NCBI GenBank assembly: GCA_036172245.1 | Contig: JAYWIR010000020.1 | Location: forward strand, 124,001 to 188,000 | Length of the DNA stretch: 64,000 bases | Origin: Raillietiella orientalis | Lineage: Eukaryota | Direction: 5' to 3' | In this document: positions 13,261 to 24,700 of the stretch, in pieces | How the letters are laid out: each line of letters starts with the position of its first letter | Position numbering within the stretch: position 1 is the first letter of the stretch | The notes under the pieces: generated by a model | What the model saw: the letters and a program-made list of their open reading frames with translations, nothing else | Told to the model about the DNA's origin: nothing | Databases searched by the model: none | Program-made: the position numbers and the translations under genes

Positions 13261-13464
13261 ATTGTTGGTGATATGCACCCCAGAATTTGGGAATGGCCTC
13301 ACATTAATTATATATGGTTTGCCGTGCACTGGCTGGCAATGTCCCACACGTGTTACAACTCGGTTATTTATTGCTGGATGGACGCTCGGTTTCGCAATGG
13401 ACTCCATTCGGTCATCGAAAAAGTTACCTGCAGGCGAAAGGAATCTTCGGCGGCAGAAATATGA
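13261..13464 (+). CDS. RYa-R: Last coding exon (ECL3, TM7, helix 8, C-tail) of the RYamide/luqin-type neuropeptide GPCR
   Basis: Acceptor ttttcatttcag ends at 13260. Translation IVGDMHPRIWEWPHINYIWFAVHWLAMSHTCYNSVIYCWMDARFRNG resembles the WFxxHWLAMSHxCYNPxIYCxMNARFR signature of RYamide/luqin (NepYr-like) receptors. Stop TGA at 13462-13464. Confidence 0.88.
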   Translation: MVGDMHPRIWEWPHINYIWFAVHWLAMSHTCYNSVIYCWMDARFRNGLHSVIEKVTCRRKESSAAEI

Positions 13465-13977
13465 CAACGAATCTGGGTGGGGACGCATGTCAACCTCGGA
13501 GACCACGGCGAATCACTTGCCGTCCTCAAGAAGCGGAGCTGCGCACCTCCTGAGGCTGAGGGATGCTGCCCGTCTTCCCGTCTTTCACGCACATTCATTA
13601 ACCAAAAAAAAAAAAAAAAAGACTTTTTAAAAAACTCAAAAGCTCCCGCGTGATTGAAAGTCAACACTAAAAGCCATCGTGTTTCGTCGTCAAGACCTGC
13701 GTCCACTCGGACGCAAGACGGTGGCAAGGATCGAAAGCTGGCAAGGATGAATCGTTTCCAAGAAGGCTCTCAAGCAGGGCAAGTCCACGCACAAGAACAA
13801 GCGTAATGCCCGTGGTCAACTTTTGCAAAGAGAAAAAAAAAACAAAAATGTGAAATGGTGTGTTGAGTCAGTCAGCTGCGACGAGCTCCAGACTCCGCAA
13901 GCCCTCCTGATCTACGCGGAATGACGCTGCGATTCGCAAAATCACCCCCTGTGTTTGTACGAAAACGATCAGTTGGC

Positions 13978-13983
13978 AATAAA
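13978..13983 (+). terminator. Candidate polyadenylation signal for the GPCR transcript
   Basis: AATAAA about 510 nt downstream of the stop codon; position is the only support. Confidence 0.3.
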
Positions 13984-15059
13984 CAGGTCATCAATCAGCG
14001 GAGGCGAAGTGATTCCCTGTGAGTCACGCATTCTTCCGCCCGCGATTTAACATGAGGAGCGGCTCGCCTCGTTCCCGAGAGCTGACGGTTTCCTCGGTTC
14101 GAGTGGGTTTCGCCCCGGCCGCGCGAAAACGGCTAGAAGAATGGACGGAAGAACTCTGTCCAGAAGCCTTCCCCGTCGCCTCAGCTGCACGACCGACACG
14201 AAGGAGGAAGGAGACGCCGCGTCCCAGCCAGCAAGCGGGGTGAGCGCCGTCGATCCCTGCGCCCTATCCACGAAACGACGGCATCACCACGGAACTTATC
14301 GCTTCCGGTTGACACGGATGGGACCTCTTTCGTTCTCTGGGAACCGCCGGTGACGACGGCCGACGACGAACCACTGCGCGCCGCCGAACGCCACACTCCG
14401 TGCTGCAGCTACGGATAACAGGACACACGATGGGAGCCGAACGGTGCCCAGTCCGCCGCTGTCCGCGGTCGCTGGCAATGCTCTAAATCACACCCGGCGC
14501 CCCGCTTGCTTTTCCGTTGCAGCTCCTCCAGGTGTGCGCGGGGAGTGAGAGGAGGGAGTCATTCGAATAGACTGTTCGGGAGCCGTAAGGAAGATTCGAT
14601 GCCTGCGCGATCTGCTCGCAGATTACTTCCTTTTCCTTTCCCGCGGAAGTGGGAATATGTCCCAGGTCCTGATTAAGAAGCAGCATCACTTTTGGTGGGT
14701 GGGTCTGTCGGAACGCTTCTCTTCTCCTCTTCCTCCTTCCATTTCTTTATATATATATATATATACACATTTTTTCCTTTCCCCCCTCCCAAGTTTCATG
14801 ACGTCATCAATTCCAGCGTTAGCATCGTCGTTAAATTAATGAGGTGTTAAGTTAGTGTTGTTGGAGGGTGATGATCGCATGTGGATCCTTAATCTAACGG
14901 TTTCCTGCCTCGGGTCCATTCCTTTGATTTCCCATTTCTTGGACCTTTAGTATGAGTCCGCGTGCTCCGGGATAAATGGGATGCTCTTCCATTTACCGAG
15001 GAAAGCAGGACGCTGCACCGCATCTCGGGTCCCTCTTGCAGAGGGCCTCCCCATGCAGC

Positions 15060-15300
15060 CTGGGGGACAGCAGACAGAGGCACACACCCCAATCTCGCTG
15101 CGGCCCATTTTCACCGTAGGCGAAAGCATGTTAACCCAGCGCTTTAGCAAGAGAACCCGGAAAAGAGGCCGTGTTCCCGCTATCAGAGATCCATGGGGAT
15201 GGCGCTTTCTCGCAAAGGAAAATCTCTTGGGGAACTGTTTGCCGCCGCTGAGATTATCCACAGGGGGAGAACCGGGAACCAGCGTCTTGCTCTGAGCGCC
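15060..15300 (+). mobile_element. Possible decayed non-LTR RT fragment (domains 1-2)
   Basis: ISLRPIFTVGESMLTQRFSKR resembles the RPIxVGExxRRLxxK motif of non-LTR reverse transcriptases. Confidence 0.25.
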
Positions 15301-15472
15301 TTTGATCGCCATTCGAACCACAAGGAAAAATAGGTCGCACGACCCCCTCCTTGACATTCGGGTCCTAGCGGAGGCAGATGGACAACTCGCACCCCATCCT
15401 TGCCATGTGAGTGAGATGGCTAGAGGACTGCAACGCGACCTGCCCCAAACGCGGATCCTGCAATCAAGAAGA

Positions 15473-15624
15473 GCTTCGCTTCGAAAACTGCAAATGATCC
15501 ACTCTCAGAGTGGATCGCCAATCAATCAGTTAATCCCCAGTTGATGCTGCTGAGGAAGACAGGCATGGCTCCCGAATTCAGGAAGCCTCCATGTGTGCTG
15601 CTGCTGGCAGCAGCATGAATCAAC
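15473..15624. repeat. Dispersed structured repeat, copy A
   Basis: Shares GCTTCGCTTCGAAAACTGC (15473-15491, identical) and a 33-nt block CCAATCAATCAGTYAATCCCCAGTTGATGCTGC (15518-15550, 1 mismatch) with 17021-17106. Contains the hairpin GATCCACTC-tca-GAGTGGATC (15496-15516). Confidence 0.9.
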
Positions 15625-17020
15625 AGCCCAGGAACTCGTCAGTCAAGAAACAAGACCTGCATCCGAAAGGGGGCGAAGCTGATTCGGCCCATGAATGATT
15701 GGACACTCGGAACTTGGATTTCGCTTGGCGGCAAGGTGGTCTTTCTAAAAACTTCACGATGTCTGCGTCTTCCTGGCCGCACTGTTCAGTTGACTACTGA
15801 AACACCCAGCTCATTGGCGGTGACATTGGCGGTGCACTAAAAAAAAAAAAAAAACGCGCGAGAGGGTTTCCTGACGTTTCGAGTCGATCCCTAAACTTCC
15901 GCTTCAAGCCGTCACCATTCCAACTTTGCCAGATTCCCCGCGTAATCGAGTGGAACGGCGTGTCACGCGGATCGCTCACTCTCCGCCATCTTCAGGCGGA
16001 AAGCCGAAATTGGGGCTCGAAGGATTCCTTTCCTCCTCCTCCCGGATCTCCCAGCTTTGTGAGATCCCGGTACTCCATGAGCGTGCCGACCCCTGTTTCT
16101 ATCCTTGGAACACTCCTGGTTTTTTCCCAGTCACTAGTAGCGTCGCCCAATTTTCGCCGGTGGTTCGATAGCACGCGCGGACTGTCGAGGAGTGTGAAAG
16201 GGAGCAGCAGCACACAGATGGACCAGGGTGCATCGCTTCGCGGCGTCTACTCTGTATCAAGCCGTCTCGCGGAAGAGCTTACTCGAAGGCGCTGGGGGTA
16301 CTTCCTCCCTCCCCCGGAGTCCTTGAGAAGGCAACGCAAAGTGAAACTGATGCAGGAGCGAGGGACCAAGAAATCCCTGGAGCAGCGGAGAGCCGGTTTC
16401 CTCGGAAGAGAGAATGGCACCTTGCTTCAGGCGAAGGAGCCCCGGCTCTAGAGTTTGCGCTCTTCCCGCTCTTCGTGGAGACCGTAAGGACTCTCCTATA
16501 GAGCGCCGAGCAGATGGGATGGATAAATTTCGGCGGCAAGAGCCAGACCGACCGAACTCTTCTCCCCCAGCTGATCGATCAGATGGAGTTGAAGCTGCTG
16601 CAGAAGCACGTGCAACCCTTTCTCCGTTTTGCACCATGCTGCAAAGCGGTCAGCGGCCAGCAGTTGATTCGTGGAGAGTGAGCGTGGGAGGGGGGAAGGG
16701 GAAAGTTCAGTGGAAATTGTCACTCTGGAAGCGGTCAAGTTCCTTCGTGAAAGGTGTGCTCCCAAGGATTTCGCAGTGCACCTCAGGATCTCGAGGGAAT
16801 TTGGAGAACTCGCTCTGAAGAGACTGGGTGAGCGGAAAAGGAGGGAAATGTGTGGGTGTTAGGGCAGGCCGCTCTGCTGTCCTGCAGCCATCCCTTTTTC
16901 TTCCCCACCTGCGCGCGCGACAGACCAGCAGCAACCCGCGCCTCCTATTGAACCACAGCCCACTTTGACCTAACGAGAGCAGTGGCGCCTCCTGCTCTTT
17001 CCCTCCGCTTGTAGAAGGAC

Positions 17021-17122
17021 GCTTCGCTTCGAAAACTGCGGATGAGTCCGTACCCCACCCTCTGAGTCGACCACCAATCAATCAGTCAATCCCCAGTTGA
17101 TGCTGCCGCAACAGCATCAACT
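17021..17122. repeat. Dispersed structured repeat, copy B
   Basis: Same two blocks at 17021-17039 and 17074-17106. Ends in a perfect 11-bp hairpin AGTTGATGCTG-ccgcaa-CAGCATCAACT (17095-17122). Confidence 0.9.
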
Positions 17123-17589
17123 AAGGAGCATCAGGCTTCCAGTTCATGCTGCCTGGAAGTGCTTGGAAAGATGTGACACTTCCTCCCGAGTACAGCCGAA
17201 AGACAGCCTGGAGGTGGCTGGGCACCCCGCACTAATCCTCCTCCTCACCGGAAGAACAAGAGGGTCGCTGTGCGCGAGTACATGATCCTAGTTACAGAAA
17301 GTCACTCTTCCTGTTCTGTCCTCGCTGATTTGCGAGGCTTGGCAGCGCGTCTTTTCGACGGGGGCAGGAGAGCTGGGGAGGGGGGGCTGTAGGACGGCGA
17401 CCACTTCGCCCTGAGCGTCGCCGTGTCGAACCCGCCGCAGTGTGCGGTGGCTATTTGGAACTCTGCCAGGGCGTGCTCGAGGTGCACGCCCTCGGGGAAG
17501 GTACCGCCACTTGCTCCTTTCGGTCCACGAAATCCTTCACCTTGATCGCGTCCCTCTCGAGTGCCTTGTACGAAGGGTTGCCACCCAGG

Positions 17590-17800
17590 AGCGACGACGG
17601 CGGAACCGCAACACATCCGGCCACAGTTTGTGACTGAATCTGAATGTGCTGGGGTTCCCTCAGCTCGGTTTCCAAGGCAGCAGGGGATGCCACGTCCAAA
17701 GTTCCCGATCATGCGGATGTACCGCACCTTCTGCCTGCGACGGTTCATTTCCGGGGAATCAGCCCGACACGTCAGCGAAGATCTCCGGGTTGTCTCGTCG
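17590..17800 (-). mobile_element. Decayed ORF1-like remnant
   Basis: RRQKVRYIRMIGNFGRGIPCCLGN...VTNCGRMCCG fits an RxxRM...IPxxL plus Cys-cluster pattern. Confidence 0.28.
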
Positions 17801-18599
17801 GGGGAGCTTCCTCAGAGTGTACGCGCCGCTTCGCCGCGATCGCCAGGTAGTGGGGGAAGCCCTTGGCGCATGCTTGAGTGGAAGAATTGTTGGAGTTTCG
17901 GGTGAAGGAGCCGCGCGACACGTGGATGCCCGCAGGCCGCATCGCTCTGCCACGCCGGGCCACCGTCCCACGCGGGGCGATCAAGGGTACCAGAGGACAG
18001 TGGAGGACCCACTCTGATACGCAAAATGACAGGACCGGGATATGCGTCGCATCCGGAACGTTTATTGAACATTTCATCCGGTTCTCCAGCCGCGGACGAA
18101 GATCTGGATGAAGGCCACAGAAGCGGTAACACAGGGCTCAGCTCGGAGGAAATGTGAGGTCAAGCGCCGTAGCAATGCAGGTAGCCGTAACGAGGAAGGA
18201 AGAAGGTTCTACCTGTGATACGAGCAGCGATGCGGAAGCTTAGATGCGCCAGCATCCATGGATGAAGAAACTGGGAGGATAGTGCAGAAGCGATCCCAAA
18301 GATCCCTTGTAGCATGCGTCTCAAACTTTCGAAGGGGAACATAGAGACGGCAGTACCATGGCTGAGGGCGCATCTTGCTGGTCCTACATCATTCTTGCGA
18401 GAACACCTCCTTCTCGCAGGCAAGCGTCGATCATTTCGAGAGTTCGGCACACGCTGGGGAGGATCCAGGGTCGTGTACTCTGGATCCGTAGCTCACCAGC
18501 GAGACTGCCGTTTCTCATTCCGGAGAGCTACGGTCTTCCTGCAAGGCAAGGGCGCAATCGATGCCCCACGATTTCCCGAGCATTATTTGGGGCGGAGGA

Positions 18600-19060
18600 A
18601 TGTCTGATTTTCTGATGACGAATCGCAAAGGGCAATTTCGTCTAAACGTTCTGATTATCTGCAGCAAAGGAGAACGGGCTTCGTTTTCAGGAAGGACACT
18701 CCACGTCCTCTGTCTCCCCACCGCCGAAACCCGCGCAGGGGGACCGGGATGGACACGCATCCTTCTTACTCCGTTCCTAGAGGAAGACCTCTCTGCTGGC
18801 TTGCGGCGGGACGAGGTCGCCGTCAGCGGCAAGCGAGAGGGAAAAGATTTGTGGCTGGAAGTTAGAGCAACCCGGAACATCAACTTTCTCTCTCTGGTGC
18901 TGCCGGCCGCTGCACTGTCCAATATCCCTGCACAGAAGGAGACCCTATCTGTGGTTCCTCAGTTGGATCTCTCTCGGTCGGAGGTGCTACGCTCGCAATA
19001 GTGGCCTTTCGTGTCGCCGACTTTGACTGCTGGGGTGCAGCAACTGATGGTGAGCACTGC
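18600..19060 (+). mobile_element. Decayed APE-endonuclease-like remnant of a LINE ORF2
   Basis: EGKDLWLEVRATRNINFLSLVLP resembles GRxLxL...NVYAP. After a frameshift, IVAFRVADFDC resembles IxxGDFNC. Confidence 0.3.
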
Positions 19061-20267
19061 AAAACGATGGACCACGGAGATGATTCCAAGAGCGAGTGAT
19101 CTGGTAAACCACCGAGCGATCTCGTTCCTCTTCGGTCTCTAGGAGACGCGAAAACCGGCAAGCAGCCGAGTGGCTGAGATTTCCCCCCAGAGATCTCCCT
19201 CTCCAGCAGCTCATTCACTTGCGATTGCTAAAAGTGGAGGGGAACGCTACTAGCTTCTGAAGGGGAAGCCTTCAAAAGAAAGAAAGGTCAGGGGAGAATT
19301 TGCTCGAGAGTGTCGAGGTCGCAGATTGGGTTCCGCCTCTTTCAGTAGAGGGAGGCTTAGGGAAATGGGCGATACCGGTGGCTCCCCCCTACCCAAAGGC
19401 AGATTTTTGCCAGTCATTCTCCGAGAACAGCTGACGAGAGGCTTCGTTGCTAGGCAACCATTGAGAGACATCGGGTTCTCCAGAGCCTTCAAAGACCATT
19501 CGGGACCTCGGAAAGCGAGCTCGGGAAGGGGCAGCAGCGAGAGCGTCCTGGAAGGCGCGCACGCACGTGGTTTGCAGGGCGCTGCCTAGGGGCATCCTTT
19601 CGTGTCTGGGGGATACCAAAGCCGGAAAAACGGAGGAGCATGAGTGTCCTTCCCTGGATGATCCTGGCCTCCCAGCCGGGAGCCCTTCGCGGCAGCCAAC
19701 GAATGCTACAGAGGAGCAGGATGCTGCCGAAAAGGACTCCGCGGACCCTTAGAAGGGTGTGGCACTTGCTCCCGAGTGCAGTCGAAAGGGAGTCTGGGGG
19801 TGGCTGGGCAGCCCGCCATCTTTTCACTGGAAAGACGGGAGGGTCTCTGAGATGCGCTCATGACCCGTCGCCACGGGAAGCACACGGCCCCTCGGGAGAA
19901 GCCGCTTCGAGGTCGGGCTGGGTCATGAGCTCCACGGGGAGTGAGCCCCCTCTTGCAAGAGGCGGCAGAGCGAGAAGTGAGCTGAAGAGCTAAGGGACAG
20001 AAACGCCCCCCTTCCCTTCCCTAGGGAAGCGTGCGCGCTCGCCATCGTCCTTTGGGACAGGACTTGGGGAAGAGGAAGGGAGACAACCGCTTTCCCGGCT
20101 GCGAGCCACCGCCACACCCTCGGTAGGCGCGTGCGTGTTCCATCCCTGGGCCGCTGCACGGTGAGTGGACCTTTATCCCGAGAGTCTCCCTCGCCCCCGG
20201 ACGAGAGGGCCGTTCCTGACTTCGCCGCGGGAAGCGACGCTGTTCCAAGGCTCGCCGGGCTACGCGG

Positions 20268-20352
20268 CCTGTGGTTCCCGGGAAGCGATCCCCGTCGCAG
20301 ACAAGGAGCAGCCCGGCCGTCAAGATCACGAGCCGATGCGCCCTCGCCACCT
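20268..20352. repeat. 85-bp direct repeat, copy 1
   Basis: 80/85 identical, ungapped, to 21181-21265 (CCTGTGGTTCCCGGGAAGCGATCCCCGTC...GCGCCCTCGCCACCT). Confidence 0.95.
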
Positions 20353-21180
20353 ACGAGCAGGGAGCTCGTTGCTCCGCGATTCGTCATCACCCGGAGTCGC
20401 GGAACGCGCAGGTACACGACCCTGGTAAGCGGCTGACGGAGGTACCCAGTGGAGGCTGCCGAAGATTAGCTTCCTGAGCATCAATCTATCTTAATAGCCG
20501 CCCACAGCAGCCATCTTCGATGATCGGAAATAATTGCGATCCCCGAAGAGGATATCCCTTGGAAACAGCAGATAGGGGAAGATGCGAGCGCGAGCGATCA
20601 CAGAGGATCGCGTTCCGAGGAGGAGGGGAAAGGAAATCCCGGAGGAGGGCCATTCTCCCTGAATAAAAGGGGCCTTCAGCTGGGATTTTCTCCGTCGCTC
20701 TCTCTAGAACAGAAGGGGGTGGAAAGCGGGGGGGATTCTCCTCCGGGCTGTCCCCGGGCCGACCGCTGCTGGCCCGTTCAGCCTTCGCAGCTCAGGGTGC
20801 ACGCGCACGCTCTCTGCGCGAGAGGGAAAGGGAGGAGGAGGAGGAGAGCTGTTCCCGGAGTGCGCGACGCGCCCCGGGTCTGGGACTTAGGACCTCAGGT
20901 CGGCATGCTCTGTCTGCGTCTCCTCGTTTTCTCCCTCTTTTCCTCCAAATTCCAGCGTTGCCAAAGGGAACAGCACGCGCGGCATCCGTGACGCTCTCGC
21001 AGGGGGATACCGGGAGGAAGCGGCTGCAGGCAGCCAGAGGAACCCGGAGAAGGGTGAAAGGAAGGGGGAGTGTCCTCGGTTTTCCTTGAAAACGGGCTGA
21101 CGCCACGCTGCGAGGCGCGATCGGGGAAGGAAAGGAGAACGCGGCGACTTCTTCCTTGCCGTTTCTTCCTCTGGAAAAAT

Positions 21181-21265
21181 CCTGTGGTTCCCGGGAAGCG
21201 ATCCCCGTCACGAACATGGAGCAGCCCGGCCGTCAAGATCACGATCCGATGCGCCCTCGCCACCT
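21181..21265. repeat. 85-bp direct repeat, copy 2
   Basis: 80/85 identical to 20268-20352, offset by 913 bp. Confidence 0.95.
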
Positions 21266-21799
21266 GGGTGCAGGGAAATCGCGGCCCCTCCCCCTCTCCC
21301 TCCGAAAGCGGAACTTGCAAGTGACCCCACATCCCGCGAGATGGCAGGCTGCATGAAGCGTACCGCTGTGCTGCCAACACGCGGAATTTCGCAGGATTTC
21401 TTCCGGGATGGGATGAGGAAGTGATCTGAGCGGCCCACAGGAACAGATCCCATAGACGTCACAACTCGTGACGGGTGGTCTTGTGAGCGTGTCTCCTTCC
21501 TTTCATCCCCTCCTCCTTGAGCAAGCCGACCGCCAACTGCAAGCCCCCCGAGGGAATCTGCGATCCCACCAAGCATGGGCTCTCGGCCGCTGGGAGCGCC
21601 TGGATAGCTTCGACTGGGGAAGAGTAGATTCGTTTGAAGTCGGCTGGTGCCGCGCAATGGCACCACACCGGAGACCATGGAGGTGCTTTGACTCTCACTC
21701 AGCTTACCTCCCTTCTCTGGGAGATTTCTGTCCTTTCTTTTTCTTCTGGTCGGCCCCGAACCATCAACCTCGTCTCCTTGGTGACAAGGAGAAACGGGA

Positions 21800-24700
21800 G
21801 CGCCTTGCCCGCGGAACGCATCATCGCGGAGCAACTCGCAAGGTCGGAGGCGAGGGCGTCATTCCCAATTATAGGGAGCTCAGGAAGGGCACCTTTCTGT
21901 TCGGACAGCAGGAGAATGGGGAGGAAGCTATAAATCGGGAGCCTGTCCTGGATTTTCGAAGAGACGCTTCATCCCCTGCGCCCCTCTTCCAGGGCTATGG
22001 ATGAGAACAGCCGCCAAACTGCTGACATTTTTCTCCCCAGAGCATCTCTCTCTCTCTCCTTCACAGATGATGATGTTGATGATGACGACGACGACGGCGG
22101 CAGCGGTGCATATCACGGCCTGATTTCGGAAGAGAATGGTGGGCACCGCTTTTCGAGGATCGATGGGCAGCGGCAGACGACGCGAAAATTGAGGAAAGAA
22201 CTTGGAACCAAACTGCCAAGAAAAACCTTCGTGGGAGTCGGAGGCTTCCTGACATTTGAAGCCGCCAACGAGGTCTCGATGGAAGATGCTCTGGCGACCC
22301 GCGAGGTTGGTGTCAGACGCAATGTCTTTGCACATAGACAAGTGATTTCCGCCGCTCCTCTCAATGACCTTCCCCATAGAAACGGTGGTTATGAGCCGAG
22401 GTTTTTAGTAATCCCTCAAGAGATGGAGGGTGAGCTGGAAGGAGCGAGGAAAATGAACTGGATGTCTTTTGAAATTGCTATGTCGAACCAAGGGGCGGGA
22501 GTTCCAGCGGCGTCAGAGGCGAATGGTCGAAGGACCGCAGTTCCCTTCCCAAGGCAAAATTCGGACGGCTCACTGCTTCGTTCTTCCCAGAAGTCAGGAC
22601 CGAGCTCCAGGAGAACGAAGATGGATATGCGAGCCCGAGATCGGCTTCGGAGAGAAACAAGACACTGAAGGCGAAATAAGGGAAACCTTTGATGAGAAGA
22701 TGCGAAGACCCTGGACCTGGAGGACGAGAAACTAACGCCTCCTTGTCCCTGGAGTCAACGACATTCGTGATGGGTCTACTCCAGAGGATCCGTACAGATC
22801 TGCATCCTTACACTACGAGAAGATTCTTGTTCAAGCCCTGTTGGCTGATGAGCTGGCAAAGACCGTACTTCTTTCTCGCTTTCTTGGAGCTTCTTGAGAT
22901 GACAGGGGCTAGGTTCCAGAAGCCGAGCAGTTGAAGATCTTCCAGTGAGCGTTGCTTAGTAGTTTTGTGGAGAAAACGTGCAGCGTGTCTTTACAGCGTG
23001 TCTTGGGGTGTCGTCTGGCGTTTTGTTCCGCTTTGGATGGCATGACTCGTCGCAGACCAAGCTGCTCTGGTAGAGGTCGTTTCATGAGTCAACTTGGTCA
23101 ACATCATGATCAAGTCGTTTGCCGCCTTCTGGTTATTCCAGAAGATCCAGAACATCTCGATATCTTCCGCAGCTTCATTCTTCTGGTTTTACGAGTCGGA
23201 GTTAGGGCATCCATGCTGGGTTCGTGATCCCTCTTGAAGGTTCTTGAGTGTCGCTCCAGGCTTGATCTTCATCCTGATAAATTCCTCCTTCCCAATTTCG
23301 GGTTCCCTCCAGAGCTTCCCGATGCTTTCTCGGATGGATCGATTCATCTGCGCGGTAAGGGAGAATGATCTTAGTGTGAGCGGCGTAAGTTGACAGTTGG
23401 CTCTCGCAAACTCACAAGCTCTGATCGTCCGCGGAGGAAGACGGGGAAGGTCTTCAACCATCACGGTCAGGAGGGCAAAGACCAGACCGAAGAGGTCGAA
23501 GGTGAGGTGTGCACCTCTGTCTGCTTCCCTTCTTCCCGTTTCCGTGTAGTCTCTTGTCAAATAGACCTGTTCCTGCCAGCTTTCTGTCTCTGCCAAAAGG
23601 TAGTTTCTCGTTTTATTCGCCAGCCATCTGGTTAATAAAACGAGAAACTACCCGTGGGAGCCACGCTGGAATAATCTGCCCAAGTCTTGGGACAGTGGTG
23701 TTCCTCAACAAGGTCGTTCCTCGGCGTGAGCTATGGGGTTTTTCTCTGGTCCTCTGTTACTCTTTCTCGATTGAACCCATCTTCTGCGAGTAACAAGGGG
23801 CCGGTCGCTTTGCCTTCTTCGCGTGGTCACTCTGAGGCCTTTGTTTGCAAATTAATAAATAAATAAGCTTATGTATTAGGAGTCGAGCTCTGCTGGAACC
23901 CAACACGGGAAGGAGGAGATTGTTCGACACGCGGTTGATCTGGGGGAAGTGTCTGGAGTAGCAAGGAAGAAGGGACACCATCGAAACGATGAAAATTTAA
24001 TAAACATTCGGGGAGGAAGGTCCCTCAGTCCTTGAACGATGAGAGCAATGTCCTTTCTTGCTGTAAGGGTCAGGCGATGCCTTCTCGCCGCTCTTCAGAT
24101 CATGGAGATATCCAGGAGAGCGATCTCTTTCGCCGCTTTTGGAGTAGCTGACCCGATCCCGCGGATGCAATGCACGATGGCGGCACAATTGCTACAGCGA
24201 GACCAGCAACAGAAGAATAGAGGCCAACCTCTTCAGTGGTCCCTTGGGGATGTCCAGAAGGGAGAGGGCTCTTGTCCACTCGTTCCCATCCCGAGAGGAG
24301 AGCGCCACGCGGGATGTCCGCTCCACCCTAATCTGCACCTCGAACCATTGGGGTAAACCCACCCCTATCTCTCCCTGCCGCGATCACATAGCAACTCCTG
24401 TTCCACGGCTGCTCCAGAGAAGAGAGGGTGGTGGTCAGGAGGTGTGCGGCAGAGCTGAGAACGGTCGCTCCTTGCGCACTCCCGAGCTTGGTAAGACAGC
24501 TACCTCGTAGGCCGTTTCGTAGGAACTATTCAGTCCATATCCCATGGCAACGTCGGCTGCCATCTTCTAGTTCCGAGACCCGATCGGTCCAGAGTTTCTT
24601 TGTTCCGGAGGTGTGCCTCAACGCGCCGGCTAGACCTGAGGCGTGCAAGGATGCCGGGAAGAGGAAGGGGAGGCGAAAGTCGGGAATGGGCCGAGTGGTC

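Noticed and set aside
21250..21270. Similarity to the 3' terminus of the young LINE (CGCCC..GC.CACCTGGGTG)
   Set aside because: About 20 nt with gaps and no upstream similarity; likely chance.
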